This document shows, piece by piece, positions 62,569 through 64,000 of a stretch of 64,000 bases of DNA. The translations under genes and the position numbers were made by a program. Where the stretch lies: the NCBI GenBank assembly GCA_965229885.1, contig CBDDJX010000003.1:1424452-1488451 (forward strand). Direction: 5' to 3'. The stretch's first letter is position 1; every line of letters starts with the position of its first letter. Origin of the DNA: Vicinamibacterales bacterium. GTDB taxonomy: Bacteria > Acidobacteriota > Vicinamibacteria > Vicinamibacterales > CAVVIG01. The notes under the pieces were generated by a model. The model did no database searches. It saw nothing but the letters and a program-made list of their open reading frames with translations, and had not been told where the DNA came from.

Positions 62569-62784
62569 CTATCCAACTCTCCTTCGTATCCTGTACTCGC
62601 CCATCTTCCGGCTCAGCGTATTGCGGTGGATGCCGAGCGAGTCGGCGGTCTTTGTCAGGCTGCCGGCGCAGCTGCCCAGGACGCGCGCGATGAAACGCTT
62701 CTCGAATTCGTGAACGGCGTCCTCGAACTGCACCCCTTTGTCGACCATTTCCTCGACAAGCTTCTCGAGCTTGTCGGAGATCAT
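62569..62784 (-). CDS. Fis-family helix-turn-helix protein
   Basis: 71 aa. C-terminal HTH SLTKTADSLGIHRNTLSRKM. ATGA overlap with purC. Confidence 0.75.
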   Translation of the reverse strand: MISDKLEKLVEEMVDKGVQFEDAVHEFEKRFIARVLGSCAGSLTKTADSLGIHRNTLSRKMGEYRIRRRVG

Positions 62785-63728
62785 AGCAATTCCCGCCCCG
62801 CGAGGCGGTCAAAGGCCTCGATGTATTTCTCCCGCGTCTTCGCCACCACATCGTCGGGAAGGGAGGGCACCGGCGGCTGCTTGTTCCAGCGGATCCGTTC
62901 GAGATAATCACGGACGAATTGCTTGTCGAAGCTGGGTTGAGGACGCCCGGGCTGATACCCGTCGCTCGGCCAGAACCGCGACGAGTCAGGCGTCATGGCT
63001 TCGTCAATCAGAATCAGTCGATCGTCCGCCGGGCGGCCGTCGTCGGGAAGCAATCCGAACTCGAACTTGGTGTCGGCGACGATGATGCCGCGTGAGGCGG
63101 CGTGAGTGGCGCCTTCCTTGTAGAGGCTGAGCGTCAACTCGCGGGCGCGGTCGAGCACGCGGCGTCCCACCAGTTCGGCCGCCTGCGCGTCACTGATATT
63201 CACGTCGTGCCCGCTTTGCGCCTTCGTGGCCGGTGTGAAGATCGGCTCGGGCAGCTGCTCGGATTCGCGCAATCCGCCCGGCAGGCGAATACCGCAGACT
63301 TCTCCGGTCGCCGAGTAGTCCTTCCAGCCGGATCCAGACAGGTAGCCGCGCGCCACGCATTCAATCGGCAGCGGATCGGTCCGCTTGACGAGCATCGATC
63401 GCCCACGCAGCCAGTCGGCCGCCGCGGCGGCAGGCGGGGGGTAAGCCGCCGGGTCGGTCGAGACCATGTGATTCGGAACGATCGAGCGCGTACGATCGAA
63501 CCAGAACGCCGAAATCTGCGTGAGGACCTTTCCCTTGTCGGGGATGCCAGAGGCGAGGATGTAATCGAACGCGGAGATGCGATCGGTTGCGACGATGACC
63601 AGGTGGTCGCCGAAATCATACAGGTCCCTGACCTTGCCCTGTCGATCGGGCGGGTGGTCGGGAAGAGCGGTCTTGAGAAGAGGCGCGGCTAATGGCAACA
63701 GCTGTCCTCGAGGAGCGAAGCGTAGCAT
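62781..63728 (-). CDS. purC: Phosphoribosylaminoimidazole-succinocarboxamide synthase
   Basis: GKVRDLYDFGDHLVIVATDRISAFD, IPDKGKVLTQIS, IIVADTKFEFG motifs. The start could also be at 63764. Confidence 0.88.
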   Translation of the reverse strand: MLRFAPRGQLLPLAAPLLKTALPDHPPDRQGKVRDLYDFGDHLVIVATDRISAFDYILASGIPDKGKVLTQISAFWFDRTRSIVPNHMVSTDPAAYPPPAAAAADWLRGRSMLVKRTDPLPIECVARGYLSGSGWKDYSATGEVCGIRLPGGLRESEQLPEPIFTPATKAQSGHDVNISDAQAAELVGRRVLDRARELTLSLYKEGATHAASRGIIVADTKFEFGLLPDDGRPADDRLILIDEAMTPDSSRFWPSDGYQPGRPQPSFDKQFVRDYLERIRWNKQPPVPSLPDDVVAKTREKYIEAFDRLAGRELL

Positions 63729-63799
63729 TCTACAGGGCGACGCCAAGGCTGGCAACAACAACATGTAGGGGCGGTATAGTAGAAGGCGCTCAATCCAAG

Positions 63800-64000
63800 A
63801 TGCGATCGTCTCTCCGAACCCTTGTCGTGCTGGTGCTGGCCGTGGGCCTGCTCGCCTTGTTCTTGTACAACGTCGACTTGCGGCGGGTCGGGAGCGAAAT
63901 CGCGAACGCGCAGCCAGCGTGGCTGGCGCTGTCAGTCGCCACGATGCTGGTCAATCTCGCGCTTCGTGCGTATCGATGGCAGTATCTGCTCGATCCGCTC
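63800..64000 (+). CDS. Flippase-like / lysylphosphatidylglycerol-synthase TM-region (UPF0104) protein, 3' partial
   Basis: MRSSLRTLVVLVLAVGLLALFLYNVDLRRVGSEIANAQPAWLALSVATMLVNLALRAYRWQYLL is the typical N-terminus of this family. It runs off the window. Confidence 0.6.
   Translation, partial: MRSSLRTLVVLVLAVGLLALFLYNVDLRRVGSEIANAQPAWLALSVATMLVNLALRAYRWQYLLDPL

Overview
High-GC (roughly mid-60s %) bacterial chromosomal segment. Gene content (S46 peptidase, DUF5916-type outer-membrane protein, Ser/Thr-kinase debris, long-form IspH) suggests Acidobacteriota or a similar phylum, but that is inference only. The window has two halves. Positions 1 to about 29.8 kb are an IS-riddled, decaying accessory region. 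It holds a decayed resolvase, IS3-family elements of two types (one mosaic, two twin dead copies), IS1380-like 3' ends, a full IS6 plus fragments, an IS1-family element with a solo end and a derived MITE, IS481-like transposases and many gene fragments. Interspersed are a few intact cargo genes: a peptide ABC importer operon, gluconolactonase, a heme-c/copper-monooxygenase-like protein, DUF411, Dabb and ICMT. A tRNA-Leu(UAA) at 29802..29890 marks the transition. From 30 to 64 kb the content is mostly core genes: S46 peptidase, tesA-ybbA-ybbP-like operon, dksA, folK, TolC-MFP-RND efflux preceded by a Spy/CpxP-like gene, ECF sigma/anti-sigma-ispH, pckA, gatB, ftsEX, rnr, tatA, TonB, groESL with CIRCE, fis-type HTH and purC. 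I could not support a clear new multi-gene system such as a defence system. The most interesting signals are: (i) an rve-type IS sitting 5-11 nt from -35 hexamers of groESL and the S46 peptidase gene; (ii) a shared ECF-type promoter motif linking the ECF sigma gene to the Spy-TolC-MFP-RND cluster; (iii) twin dead IS3 copies with identical lesions, plus a mosaic IS; (iv) an IS1-derived MITE; (v) an FN3-like insertion in the peptide permease. The ORF track translates GTG/TTG starts as M, and many long ORFs are GC-driven antisense artefacts.
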